The notes: generated by a model from the letters alone, not told the origin. Positions 9,281 through 18,652 are shown, counted from the stretch's first letter. The stretch is DNA of 32,476 nucleotides from a bacterium (GCA_021813045.1 JAKAMF010000003.1:1-32476), one strand, 5' to 3'. A program made the numbers and translations.

Positions 9281-10309
9281 ATGCCAGAATTAAGAAAAGA
9301 TCCGATTGTCGGAAGATGGGTAATTATTTCCACTGAACGGGCTAAGCGCCCGGATCAGTTCGGAGCGAATTTTGACCCCGGGCCGCAGGAATTGACGCCT
9401 TGTCCGTTTTGCGAGGGAAACGAATCGCAAACCCCCAAAGAAATCTTTAGCTTAAGGCCAAAACAAGCTCCGGCTAACTCTCCCGGCTGGGAATTAAGGG
9501 TTGTGCCGAGCATCGGCCCGTTTTTACGCATTGAAGGGAGCCTGGATCGCCGCGGCAAAGGCGTTTACGACTTAACCAACGGCATTGGTGCGCACGAAGT
9601 AGTAATCGAAACCAGCCAGCATATCAGTAATATGGCTGACCTGCCGCAAGAACAAATCTTAAAAGTAATTAACTGCTATATTGACCGAATCAATGACCTG
9701 GAAAGAGATAAACGGTTCAAATATGTTTTAGTTTTTAAAAATTACGGCTGGACTGCCGGCGGCAGCATGATCAAACATGCCAAATCACAGCTAATCGCCA
9801 CACCGGTAAATCCCAAGCGGGTTAAAGAAGAGCTTGCCGGAGCTAAACAATATTTTGATTTTCATGAAAGGTGCATTTTTTGCGACTTAATCAAGCAAGA
9901 GCTCGATTCGCCGGAAAGGGTTGTTTTGGATATTGACGGCTTTATCGCGGTTGTCCCTTTTGCCCCGCGTTTTCCTTTTGAAACCTGGATCCTGCCGAAA
10001 AAACACTCCTGCGATTTTGCCGCTTTAGAAAACCAGAACCGCGGCAATCTGGCGGAAATTTTAAGAAGGGTGCTCTTGAAATTAAAAACCGGGCTAAACG
10101 ACCCTCCGTATAATTATGTGATCCATTCCGCGCCTTTCCGACGGGCAAAAGCCGGATATTGGAAAAGCATCGACCAGGATTATCACTGGCACATTGAAAT
10201 TATCCCCCGGCTTACCCGCGTGGCCGGATTCGAATGGGGGACCGGTTTTTACATCTGTCCGTTGTCTCCGGAGGACGCGGCAAAATTTTTAAGAGAGGTT
10301 AACGCCTGA
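9281..10309 (+). CDS. GalT-like nucleotidyltransferase paralog 1 (HxH motif altered to HAK)
   Basis: MPELRKDP...WVII...R..RP, CPFC, GAHEVVIE, CIFC, YHWHIEI, AGFEWGTG. Active-site segment reads GGSMIKHAKSQ. Confidence 0.85.
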   Translation: MPELRKDPIVGRWVIISTERAKRPDQFGANFDPGPQELTPCPFCEGNESQTPKEIFSLRPKQAPANSPGWELRVVPSIGPFLRIEGSLDRRGKGVYDLTNGIGAHEVVIETSQHISNMADLPQEQILKVINCYIDRINDLERDKRFKYVLVFKNYGWTAGGSMIKHAKSQLIATPVNPKRVKEELAGAKQYFDFHERCIFCDLIKQELDSPERVVLDIDGFIAVVPFAPRFPFETWILPKKHSCDFAALENQNRGNLAEILRRVLLKLKTGLNDPPYNYVIHSAPFRRAKAGYWKSIDQDYHWHIEIIPRLTRVAGFEWGTGFYICPLSPEDAAKFLREVNA

Positions 10310-11307
10310 TGTCTGATTTAAGAAGAGATCCGATTGTCGGCAGATGGATTATTGTTGATACTGACCATCCCAAAGCTCCGACAGATTACAAAGCAGTAGA
10401 AACGCATTCACCGCTTGGCGGGCATTGCCCTTTTTGCTACGGCAATGAAATGGATACGCCGTTTGAAATTGACTCGATCCGCGACCCGCAAACGCAAAGC
10501 AATACCCCCGGTTGGCAGGTACGCGTGGTTTCCAATAAATATCCGGCCTTAAGGATCGAAGGGAACCTAGACAGAAAAGGCATCGGTATCTATGATATGT
10601 CTAATGGTATCGGCGCACATGAAGTATTAGTCGAGACTCCTTATCACCATAAGGACATTACTGAACTTTTAGACGAAGAAGCGGAAAAAATTATTCAAAT
10701 GTATTTAAACCGCTCACAGGATCTGGTCCGCGACAAGCGTTTTAAATATGTGATGATTTTTAAGAATTACGGCCCGGCTGCCGGCGCTTCGGTTGAACAT
10801 CCGCACACGCAAATTATCGCCTTGCCCATGGTGCCGAAAAACGTGCTGGATGAGATTCATGGAGCGGAAAGGTATTTTGAATTTCACGAAAGATGCATCT
10901 TCTGCGATATTATCCGCCAGGAAAAAGAAGAGAAAGAAAGGATAGTCCTGGAAAATGACGATTTTCTGGCATTCTGCCCGTTCATCTCGCGATTTCCTTT
11001 TGAAATCTGGATTGCGCCGAAAGAACACCATAGCCACTTTTCTCATTTACCGAAACAGGCGATCGGAAGCCTGGCGATGATATTAAAACAAACAATCAGC
11101 GCGACAAAAAAACTCTTTGGAAATATCTCATATAATTATATAATACATACTTCTCCGGAAAACAGCGAAACCGGAAACGCGGGATATCATTGGCATATCG
11201 AATTTATACCGAAGTTAATGCGCGTGGCTGGATTTGAGTGGGGTTCGGGATTTTATCTGGTGCCCACCCCGCCGGAACTGGCCGCGAAATACCTAAAAAC
11301 ACAATAA
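10309..11307 (+). CDS. galT: Galactose-1-phosphate uridylyltransferase / GalT-like nucleotidyltransferase paralog 2 (intact HPH)
   Basis: [25 protein letters not shown] (HPH at 10798-10806), [17 protein letters not shown] stop/start overlap. Confidence 0.85.
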   Translation: MSDLRRDPIVGRWIIVDTDHPKAPTDYKAVETHSPLGGHCPFCYGNEMDTPFEIDSIRDPQTQSNTPGWQVRVVSNKYPALRIEGNLDRKGIGIYDMSNGIGAHEVLVETPYHHKDITELLDEEAEKIIQMYLNRSQDLVRDKRFKYVMIFKNYGPAAGASVEHPHTQIIALPMVPKNVLDEIHGAERYFEFHERCIFCDIIRQEKEEKERIVLENDDFLAFCPFISRFPFEIWIAPKEHHSHFSHLPKQAIGSLAMILKQTISATKKLFGNISYNYIIHTSPENSETGNAGYHWHIEFIPKLMRVAGFEWGSGFYLVPTPPELAAKYLKTQ

Positions 11308-11332
11308 CCAGAAAAATCAAAAGGAGGAACAC

Positions 11333-12385
11333 ATGGCAGTAAAAGTCGGTATCAATGGTTTTGGCAGAATTGGCCGGTTAGTTGCCCGGGCGATTCTGGA
11401 AAAAACAAATACAAATTTAGAATTAGTGGCTGTTAATGATTTAACTGACGCTAAATCTAACGCGCTGCTCTTAAAATACGACTCTGTGCACGGCAGGTTT
11501 CCCGGAGAAGTGAAGGCGGTTTCCAGCGACGAGATCAGCGTAAACGGTAAAATAATTAAGGTGCTTTCCAAGAAAGACCCGGCGGAACTCCCCTGGAAAG
11601 ATTTAGGGGTAGATATTGTAATTGAATCAACCGGACTTTTTACCGTAAAAAAAGACGGAGTAAACAAAAAAGGCAAAGAAGTGCGCGGCGCAGAAAACCA
11701 CATTACCAAGGGCGGCGCTAAAAAAGTAATTATTTCCGCTCCGGCAGAAGGCGAAGATATTACGATCGTTTTGGGCGTTAATGAGGATAAATATGACCCC
11801 AAAAACCATAACGTGGTATCTAACGCTTCTTGCACCACCAATTGCTTGGCTCCGATTGCCAAGGTATTAAATGACAATTGGGGAATCGTAAAAGGCCTGA
11901 TGACCACGATCCATTCTTACACCAATGACCAAAGGGTGCAGGATATGGCGCATTCCGACCCGCGCAGGGCCAGGGCAGCCGCTTTATCCATGATTCCCAC
12001 ATCAACTGGTGCAGCCAAAGCAATTTCTCTAGTCATTCCCGAACTAAAGGGTAAGCTTGACGGTTTTGCTATCCGTGTGCCTACGCCTAATGTCTCTGTA
12101 GTCGACCTGACCTGTTCCTTAAGCAAAAAAACGACTGCCGCGGATATCAACGCAGCGCTCAAGGCGGCCAGCGAAGGGAAGATGAAAGGCATCTTGGGAT
12201 ACACCGAAGACCCGGTAGTTTCGGTTGATTTTAACCACTGCCTTTTAAGCTCGGTAGTCGACGGACTAAGCACTAAACTAATTCAGGATGATTTTGTCAA
12301 AGTTCTTTCCTGGTATGATAATGAATGGGGTTATTCCAATAGAGTAGTGGACCTTTGCGAATACATGATTAAAAAAGGATTATAA
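11333..12385 (+). CDS. gap: Type I glyceraldehyde-3-phosphate dehydrogenase
   Basis: [45 protein letters not shown]. Confidence 0.98.
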   Translation: MAVKVGINGFGRIGRLVARAILEKTNTNLELVAVNDLTDAKSNALLLKYDSVHGRFPGEVKAVSSDEISVNGKIIKVLSKKDPAELPWKDLGVDIVIESTGLFTVKKDGVNKKGKEVRGAENHITKGGAKKVIISAPAEGEDITIVLGVNEDKYDPKNHNVVSNASCTTNCLAPIAKVLNDNWGIVKGLMTTIHSYTNDQRVQDMAHSDPRRARAAALSMIPTSTGAAKAISLVIPELKGKLDGFAIRVPTPNVSVVDLTCSLSKKTTAADINAALKAASEGKMKGILGYTEDPVVSVDFNHCLLSSVVDGLSTKLIQDDFVKVLSWYDNEWGYSNRVVDLCEYMIKKGL

Positions 12386-12395
12386 TTACCAACTC

Positions 12396-12435
12396 TTAAA
12401 AAGGACGGCTTAATTTCCTAAGCCGTCCTTTTTAA
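12396..12435 (+). terminator. Intrinsic (bidirectional-type) terminator after gap
   Basis: Perfect 17-bp inverted repeat TTAAAAAGGACGGCTTA / TAAGCCGTCCTTTTTAA with a 6-nt loop and A/T tracts on both sides. Confidence 0.85.
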
Positions 12436-12444
12436 TTTATATCC

Positions 12445-14619
12445 ATGCTTAACTTAATCCTGATTATCGGCTTAAGCGGAATTGTCGCGCAAACCCTGCT
12501 TTTAAGGGAACTGCTGATTAATTTCAGCGGAAATGAACTCGCCTTAGGGATTATTTTTTCCTGCTGGGTGTTAGCTGAAGCAACCGGAGCCTTGACCGTA
12601 GGAAGAATTATCAGCCGGATAAAAAATAAATACGACCTGATTACCTGGCTGCAAATCTGCTTTACGGTTGCCTTTATCTTGTCGATTTTTTCTTGCCGCT
12701 TTTTCCGGCCGGTATTTGGAATTGCCAGCGGAGAAACCACCGGAATACTGACTACCGGTTTAGCTTCGCTGCTTTATATTTTTCTGCCGGCATTCTGCCA
12801 CGGCGCGCTTTTTTCGGTGATCTGTTCGTTAATTAATATTGGGCGAGCATATTCTCTGGAAACACTCGGCACACTAGCCGGAGGGATAGCCCTGACCTAT
12901 ATATTCCTGCCTAACCTTAATTCTTTTCAAACCGCGCTATTGGTTTGTTTAGCTAATCTTTTGCTTTGCCTGTATTTCTTCCGGCGGATCAGCCTTAAAA
13001 CTAAAATTACCTGCGGATTAGCTGTTCTTTTATTGCTAATGGGAACGCTTAAGTCAAACCAAGCGCAGCTTTATTCAATTAATCAGCAATTTAAGCCAAC
13101 CCGGGTTTTAGATTACCGTAATTCCCCTTACGGCAATATCTGCGTGGGCGAAAAAAACAAACAATATACTTTCTTTTATAACGGCGCTCCGCTAATCACA
13201 GTACCCAAACCAGATATCTTTTTCGTAGAAGAATTCGGTAATTTACCTTTATTATTCCATCCTAACCCGCAAAAAATACTAATTATTCAAGCGGGAGCAG
13301 GAGGGCTGATCAATGAAATCTTAAAATACCCGGTAGAAAAAATTGATTACCTGGAGCTTGACCCATTGCTAATCCAAGAAATCAAAAAATTCCCCACAGA
13401 GTTAACGAGCAAAGAATTAACCAGCCCGCAGGTAAAGATCTTTTACGCTGACCATCGGGATTTTTTCCGAAGAACGAAAGAAAAATACGATTGTATCTTT
13501 ATCGGTATTGCTAAACCATCAAATTTAACCGCCAACCGCCTTTTTAGCCAAGAATTTTTCGCCATAGCCAGACAACACCTTGCCTCCGAAGGAATTTTAA
13601 CTTTTAACTTACCCGGCTCATTAACTTATCTTAGCCAAGAGCTAAAAGACCTTAATTCCTGCGTACTGAATGCCTGCCAAAAAGAGTTCCCTTATTTAAA
13701 AGTAATCCCCGGAGACAATAATTTATTCCTGGCTTCCGGTTCAAATGAAATACTGAAGATCTCCAGTCAAGCCATAACCGAAAGAATAAAAGAAAGGGGC
13801 ATCAATACTAATATATTTACCTCCGGATACCTAAATTACCGCCTAAGCAATCAATGGCTGGATTGGTTTAAACAAAATATGCGAAACGCTACCAGAAAAA
13901 TCAATCAAGACAGCCGGCCGATTGCGGTTTTAGAAACATTAGCCCTTTGGAATAAACAATACAACCCTGGATCCGCCGGCCTGCTACGCGCCTTAACTAA
14001 AATCAGCATGAAATGGATAATCATCCTGATTGCCGGAATTACCTGCCTGATTATTTTACTTACCTTGCGCCGGAAAAACAATAAAGAGACTATCACCATG
14101 CCGTACGCTATTTTTACTACCGGTTTTTTTGGCATGTTAATTACCCTGATCTTAAATTTTAATTTTCAACTTGCCTTTGGCTACCTCTATCAGCAAATCG
14201 GCTTATTACTAAGCTTATTCATGGCCGGCTCAAGCATAGGCAGCCTGATCACTGTCCGGCTCAAAAAAGAAAATAAACCAATGCTAAGAATTTTTCTTTT
14301 AGCCGAAGCTTCAATTATAGCTATAACCTTAACTATTTCAGGATTAGGCCACAGAATAAATTACCCGGCTTTCTTAATTTTGTTCTTTACAGCCGGCCTG
14401 CCACTGGGATTTGAATTTGCCTTAGCCGGAAAAATTTCCTGGCGCGGACGGGAGAATATCGGCGCGGTTGCCGGACGGTTATACTTTTTTGATCTGCTTG
14501 GCGGCTTGCTGGCCGGAGTTTTCTCCGGTATACTGCTTTTACCGGCCCTCGGCATAACCAACTCCTGCCTGATTATTGCTGTTTTAAAAATCAGCAGCAT
14601 AATTATCTTTTTAATTTGA
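12445..14619 (+). CDS. Membrane protein with central spermidine-synthase-like (class I SAM-binding) domain
   Basis: Several N-terminal TM segments (SGIVAQTLLLREL, YSLETLGTLAGG), SPYGNI, KILIIQAGAGG, YLELDP, RLFSQEFF, then a second C-terminal TM block (YFFDLLGG). Confidence 0.8.
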   Translation: MLNLILIIGLSGIVAQTLLLRELLINFSGNELALGIIFSCWVLAEATGALTVGRIISRIKNKYDLITWLQICFTVAFILSIFSCRFFRPVFGIASGETTGILTTGLASLLYIFLPAFCHGALFSVICSLINIGRAYSLETLGTLAGGIALTYIFLPNLNSFQTALLVCLANLLLCLYFFRRISLKTKITCGLAVLLLLMGTLKSNQAQLYSINQQFKPTRVLDYRNSPYGNICVGEKNKQYTFFYNGAPLITVPKPDIFFVEEFGNLPLLFHPNPQKILIIQAGAGGLINEILKYPVEKIDYLELDPLLIQEIKKFPTELTSKELTSPQVKIFYADHRDFFRRTKEKYDCIFIGIAKPSNLTANRLFSQEFFAIARQHLASEGILTFNLPGSLTYLSQELKDLNSCVLNACQKEFPYLKVIPGDNNLFLASGSNEILKISSQAITERIKERGINTNIFTSGYLNYRLSNQWLDWFKQNMRNATRKINQDSRPIAVLETLALWNKQYNPGSAGLLRALTKISMKWIIILIAGITCLIILLTLRRKNNKETITMPYAIFTTGFFGMLITLILNFNFQLAFGYLYQQIGLLLSLFMAGSSIGSLITVRLKKENKPMLRIFLLAEASIIAITLTISGLGHRINYPAFLILFFTAGLPLGFEFALAGKISWRGRENIGAVAGRLYFFDLLGGLLAGVFSGILLLPALGITNSCLIIAVLKISSIIIFLI

Positions 14620-14644
14620 CAAAATAAACGTTTTCATATATACT
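14616..14644 (+). promoter_or_regulatory. Near-consensus sigma70 promoter for pgk-tpiA-secG
   Basis: TTGACA (14616-14621, containing the upstream TGA stop)-N17-TATACT (14639-14644). AAGGAGG SD before ATG 14680. Confidence 0.8.
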
Positions 14645-14679
14645 TATCCTTCAATTTATACTTAAGGAGGCAATTTTCC

Positions 14680-15861
14680 ATGGCAAAAATGACGATCAAA
14701 GATGTTGATTTAAAACAAAAAATTGTATTGATGCGTGCGGATTTCAACGTTCCGCAAGATGCCAATCTTAATATTACCGACGATACGCGCATCAGAGCCA
14801 CTTTACCGACAATCAAATATATCCTGCAAAACGGCGCGAAAAAACTGGTCCTGATGAGCCATTTAGGCCGCCCGGACGGTAAAGTCGTGGCCAAATACAG
14901 CTTAAAGCCGGTGGCAACGCGTTTACAGGAATTGCTGGCTGAACCGGTTTTATTTTTAAACGAGTGCGCGGGAGATGCGGTTAAACAGGAAATCGCTAAA
15001 TCAAAAGAAAGAATAATTTTACTGGAAAATTTAAGGTTCCACGCCGAAGAAGAAGCTAATGACCAGAATTTCGCCAAGTCCCTAGCCGGCCTAGGCGATA
15101 TTTACGTTAACGATGCCTTTGGCACGGCCCACCGCGCACATGCTTCCACAGAAGGCGTAGCGCACTATTTAAAAGCGGTTTCCGGATTTTTACTAGCCAA
15201 AGAAATTGAATACTTGGGCACCGCCGTAGCCAATCCGCAAAGGCCGTTTGTGGTAATTTTAGGCGGAGCCAAGGTCTCGGATAAAATCGGAGTAATCGAA
15301 AACCTTCTGCCGAAAGCCGACGCAATCATTATCGGCGGTGGCATGGCTTATACATTTTTAAAAGCAATGGGCAAGCAAATTGGAAATTCCAAGCTGGAAA
15401 AAGATAAGCTTGATCTGGCAAAAACAATCCTGGAAAAATCTGCTTCCCTGAAAAAACAAATCCTCTTACCGGTAGATAACATTATTGTCGATACTATCGA
15501 CCCTAATGCCAAAACTGAGTTGGTCGGCGAAAACATCCCCGAAGGTAAAATCGCCGTAGATATCGGTCCGGCTACGGTAAAGCTTTTTGAAGATACGCTA
15601 AAAACCGCCAAAACTATTGTCTGGAACGGACCTTTGGGTATTTTTGAAATGGATGCCTTTGCCAAGGGAACGAAAGCAATTGCAGAATACATCGCCGGCC
15701 TCAAAACTACTTCGATTATCGGAGGAGGAGACACTGCCGCGGCAATCGCCAAATTTAAATTAGAAGATAAAATGACGCATATCTCTACCGGCGGCGGGGC
15801 AAGCTTGGAATACTTGGAAGGCAAAACCCTCCCCGGGGTGGCAGCATTAGCGGAGAAATAA
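14680..15861 (+). CDS. pgk: Phosphoglycerate kinase
   Basis: RADFNVP, SHLGRP, LLENLRFH, NDAFGTAHRAHAS, GGAKVSDK, HISTGGGASLE. Confidence 0.98.
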   Translation: MAKMTIKDVDLKQKIVLMRADFNVPQDANLNITDDTRIRATLPTIKYILQNGAKKLVLMSHLGRPDGKVVAKYSLKPVATRLQELLAEPVLFLNECAGDAVKQEIAKSKERIILLENLRFHAEEEANDQNFAKSLAGLGDIYVNDAFGTAHRAHASTEGVAHYLKAVSGFLLAKEIEYLGTAVANPQRPFVVILGGAKVSDKIGVIENLLPKADAIIIGGGMAYTFLKAMGKQIGNSKLEKDKLDLAKTILEKSASLKKQILLPVDNIIVDTIDPNAKTELVGENIPEGKIAVDIGPATVKLFEDTLKTAKTIVWNGPLGIFEMDAFAKGTKAIAEYIAGLKTTSIIGGGDTAAAIAKFKLEDKMTHISTGGGASLEYLEGKTLPGVAALAEK

Positions 15862-15864
15862 AAT

Positions 15865-16632
15865 ATGAGAAAGACAATCATTGCCGGAAACTGGAAAATG
15901 TATAAGACCATAGCCGAAGGCAGCGAATTGGTCAACGGCTTAAAAAGAGAATTGATCGACCTGGAAGCCGTAGATATCGTCGTTTGCCCGCCGTTTACTT
16001 TGCTGCCGCTCTTATCGGATATGCTTACTTCCTCAAATATCAGCGTCGGCGCCCAGGACTGCTATTGGCAGGAAGAAGGGGCCTTTACCGGAGAAGTTTC
16101 CTGCAAGATGATTAAAGACAGCGGAGCCAAATACGTGATCATCGGGCATTCGGAAAGAAGGCAGTTCTTCGGCGAGACTAATGAAACCGTGAACAAAAAA
16201 ATCAAAGCTGCGTTAAAAGCCGGGCTTTTGCCGATCGTTTGCGTAGGAGAAACCTTGGCCGAAAGAGAAAAAAATAAAACCTTTGACGTGCTTAGCGACC
16301 ATATTAAAAACGGACTGGCCGATATCACTGCCGAGGAGATGGAAAAAATCACCATTGCCTACGAACCGGTCTGGGCGATCGGCACAGGTAAAACCGCCAC
16401 TCCGGCGCAAGCGCAAGAGGCGCATAAATTTATCCGCGATTTGCTGGAAAAAATATTCGACAAAGAAACTGCTCAAGAAACCAGGATCCAATACGGCGGA
16501 AGTGTCAAGCCGGAAAATACTGCAGAATTAATCAATCAGCCGGATATTGACGGCGCATTGGTGGGAGGGGCCAGCCTGAAAGTTGATTCCTTTGCTGCCA
16601 TTGTTAAGAAAGCGAGCGAAGTGACCAAATGA
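15865..16632 (+). CDS. tpiA: Triosephosphate isomerase
   Basis: AGNWKM, IGHSERR, AYEPVWAIGTG, YGGSVK, LVGGASL. Confidence 0.98.
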   Translation: MRKTIIAGNWKMYKTIAEGSELVNGLKRELIDLEAVDIVVCPPFTLLPLLSDMLTSSNISVGAQDCYWQEEGAFTGEVSCKMIKDSGAKYVIIGHSERRQFFGETNETVNKKIKAALKAGLLPIVCVGETLAEREKNKTFDVLSDHIKNGLADITAEEMEKITIAYEPVWAIGTGKTATPAQAQEAHKFIRDLLEKIFDKETAQETRIQYGGSVKPENTAELINQPDIDGALVGGASLKVDSFAAIVKKASEVTK

Positions 16633-16991
16633 TGGGCCTAATAATCGGAATTCACGTACTTGCCTGTATCATCTTAATCATTCTTATCCTGATCCAAGCC
16701 GGCAGAGGCGGAGGACTGGTAGAGGGTTTTTCCGGAGTAGAATCAATGTTTGGCACCAAGACCAATACTTTTCTTACCCGCACCACAACAGTATTTTCGA
16801 CAATTTTTATTATTACTTGTATATCTCTGGCGCTTTTGTCGGCGAGAAAAAGCCGTTCGCTGATGAAAAACGTACAGTCACAGGCAACAGTCCAAACACA
16901 AGCTCAAGTTCCGGCTACTGCGCCAATAGACCAAACACAGCCGCAGACAGCGCAAACAACACAACCGGAAGCAGCCAGCCCAACCAAATAG
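16629..16991 (+). CDS. secG: Preprotein translocase subunit SecG
   Basis: Two TM helices with a Q..RGGGL...FG loop and LTRTT. Follows tpiA. Q/T/P-rich C-terminal tail. Confidence 0.93.
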   Translation: MMGLIIGIHVLACIILIILILIQAGRGGGLVEGFSGVESMFGTKTNTFLTRTTTVFSTIFIITCISLALLSARKSRSLMKNVQSQATVQTQAQVPATAPIDQTQPQTAQTTQPEAASPTK

Positions 16992-16992
16992 G

Positions 16993-18144
16993 TTGAATAA
17001 AAAACTATTTTGGATTTTTGCGCTCAGTTCTACTATCTATTTTACCCAAGGAATAGAAGCGCTTCCTTCCCAAGGGCTTTTCTACTATTTTAAAGAAACT
17101 CTTAATTTTTCTCCGCAAAAAATCATGGCTCTATCCAGCATTGTCATGGCTGCCTGGCTGGTTAAGCCGGTAATCGGATATATTATTGATAATTCCCTCA
17201 ATAAAAAGATCTGGATCATCCTTGCCTCGATCCTTTCGATTGGTACAGTAACCCTGTTAGGCACAATTCAATTTTCAATACTAGCGTTGATAATTTTTCT
17301 TTTACTGCATTCAACTTATGCCGCTTTTCGCGACGTAGCAGTTGACGGAATTATGTGCGTGGAAGGCAAAAAAGCCAATGCCACCGGAAAAATCCAAAGC
17401 GTGCAATGGACTGCCATAAACATTGCCATTATTTTAGTCGGTATAGGAGGAGGGTACCTGGCAGAAAAGGCCGGCTACAAATTAGCTTTTCTCTATCTAA
17501 CCCCGGTTTACCTTTTAATTATCTTCACGGCCCTAAAATATAATGAAGAAAAAACAGAAAAAAAACTAAAAAACAGCTTAGCCGGCGACTTAAAAAAGAT
17601 ATTTGCCGACAAAAACATGTTGGTTGTAGCCTTATTTATCTTTCTCTATAAATATTCTCCGTCTTTCGGCACGCCGCTATTTTTTATCCAAAGGGATAAT
17701 TTTGGCTGGGGCAAGATCTGGATCGGCACTTTAAGCACGATCGGAGTTGTCTTCGGAATCGCCGGCTCGCTGTGTTATTACAAAATGAGCACGCGGATCA
17801 ACCTGAAAAAATGGCTCTACTGGTCAGTATTCCTCGGGGCAATTACCACCCTAAGCTATCTTTACTACACCCCGGTAACCGCCATAATTTACGACATCAT
17901 CTACAGTTTTATGGGAATGTTTATTTTTCTGATGCTGATGGATTTCATGGCGCGCAATTCCGCCGAAGGGCTAGAGGCAACTTCGTTCGCCTTTCTCTGC
18001 AGTATCAGCAATCTAGCGCTGATAACCAGCAATCTCTCCGGCGCGTTCTTCTTGCCCAAACTCGGCCTATCCTGGCTGATCATCATCTCCGCCCTGACCA
18101 GTTTTCTCTGCCTTCCGCTGATTAGACATTTAAAAGATAAGTAA
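16993..18144 (+). CDS. MFS transporter, BT1/folate-biopterin transporter-like
   Basis: About 12 TM segments. YFTQG, W..KP..G...D, DVAVDG...E, G..QS..W, EG.EAT.FA.L.SISN. TTG start 1 nt after the secG stop. Confidence 0.8.
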   Translation: MNKKLFWIFALSSTIYFTQGIEALPSQGLFYYFKETLNFSPQKIMALSSIVMAAWLVKPVIGYIIDNSLNKKIWIILASILSIGTVTLLGTIQFSILALIIFLLLHSTYAAFRDVAVDGIMCVEGKKANATGKIQSVQWTAINIAIILVGIGGGYLAEKAGYKLAFLYLTPVYLLIIFTALKYNEEKTEKKLKNSLAGDLKKIFADKNMLVVALFIFLYKYSPSFGTPLFFIQRDNFGWGKIWIGTLSTIGVVFGIAGSLCYYKMSTRINLKKWLYWSVFLGAITTLSYLYYTPVTAIIYDIIYSFMGMFIFLMLMDFMARNSAEGLEATSFAFLCSISNLALITSNLSGAFFLPKLGLSWLIIISALTSFLCLPLIRHLKDK

Positions 18145-18151
18145 ATAGTCC

Positions 18152-18356
18152 GTATTAGTTTATTTTAGCTTTTGCGCACGCTCACTGAAAATTCCTGGCC
18201 GTCGGCTGCGGTTTACTCCTCGCTTTCGGCAGACATAGAAGCGTCGTCTGCCTTCGCTCGTCGTAAAGCCTTGCCGACCAAACTTAAAATACTAATTGGC
18301 GGAATTTTCAATGTTCGCTTAGCGCAAAAGCTAAAATTCATTTACCAGCCTAATAC
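18152..18356. repeat. Long imperfect palindromic element A (REP/MITE-like or structured RNA)
   Basis: Nested stems 18152-58/18350-56, 18162-77/18322-37 (16 bp perfect), 18186-95/18301-10, 18201-06/18273-78, 18228-34/18246-52. Confidence 0.75.
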
Positions 18357-18375
18357 TTGTAGCTTTATATAAATA

Positions 18376-18595
18376 AATCTGCCCGGTTTCGAGCGAATGT
18401 TGATTTTTAGCCAAAAAGGCGAATAATTTCGGAAATCCCCGCGTGAGTGCGCGTATAAGCGCACAACCAAAGCGGGGACGGCGAAGCTGTCCGAGCCCTT
18501 TTTGTTAGAACAAAAAGGGCGAGTTCTGCAGCCGCCGAAATTATGAGCTCTTTTTGGCGTGAAAAAAATCAACCTAGCGAGAAACCGGGCAGATT
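18376..18595. repeat. Long branched palindromic element B (REP/MITE-like or structured RNA)
   Basis: Stems 18376-90/18581-95 (15 bp), 18399-408/18564-73, 18410-18/18550-58, 18423-32/18535-44, then two branches at 18436-78 and 18479-534. Confidence 0.75.
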
Positions 18596-18618
18596 CATTA
18601 ACGCTATGCACAAAGTTA

Positions 18619-18646
18619 TTGACTATCCTAACCGGCGTGTTATCAT
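18619..18646 (+). promoter_or_regulatory. Sigma70 promoter for marC-glgC-GNAT (probably leaderless)
   Basis: TTGACT-N16-TATCAT with TG extension. ATG lies 6 nt after the -10. Confidence 0.65.
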
Positions 18647-18652
18647 ATCGTT

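Noticed and set aside
11317-12273. Minus-strand ORFs opposite gap, and similar ones opposite pgk, glgC and bcd
   Set aside because: Shadow ORFs of highly conserved genes.
16870-16991. Q/T/P-rich SecG tail as a novel domain
   Set aside because: Disordered low-complexity C-terminal tails are common in SecG.
18152-18595. Possible 6S RNA, SRP RNA, tmRNA, RNase P RNA, tRNA or CRISPR
   Set aside because: No SRP GGAA-loop domain, tRNA-like ends, RNase P conserved motifs, clear 6S central bubble or repeat-spacer pattern seen by eye. An Rfam scan is still needed.
18172-18611. 66-aa (+) and 89-aa (-) ORFs in the intergenic region
   Set aside because: No SD or recognisable protein features. The sequence is better explained by the nested palindromes.
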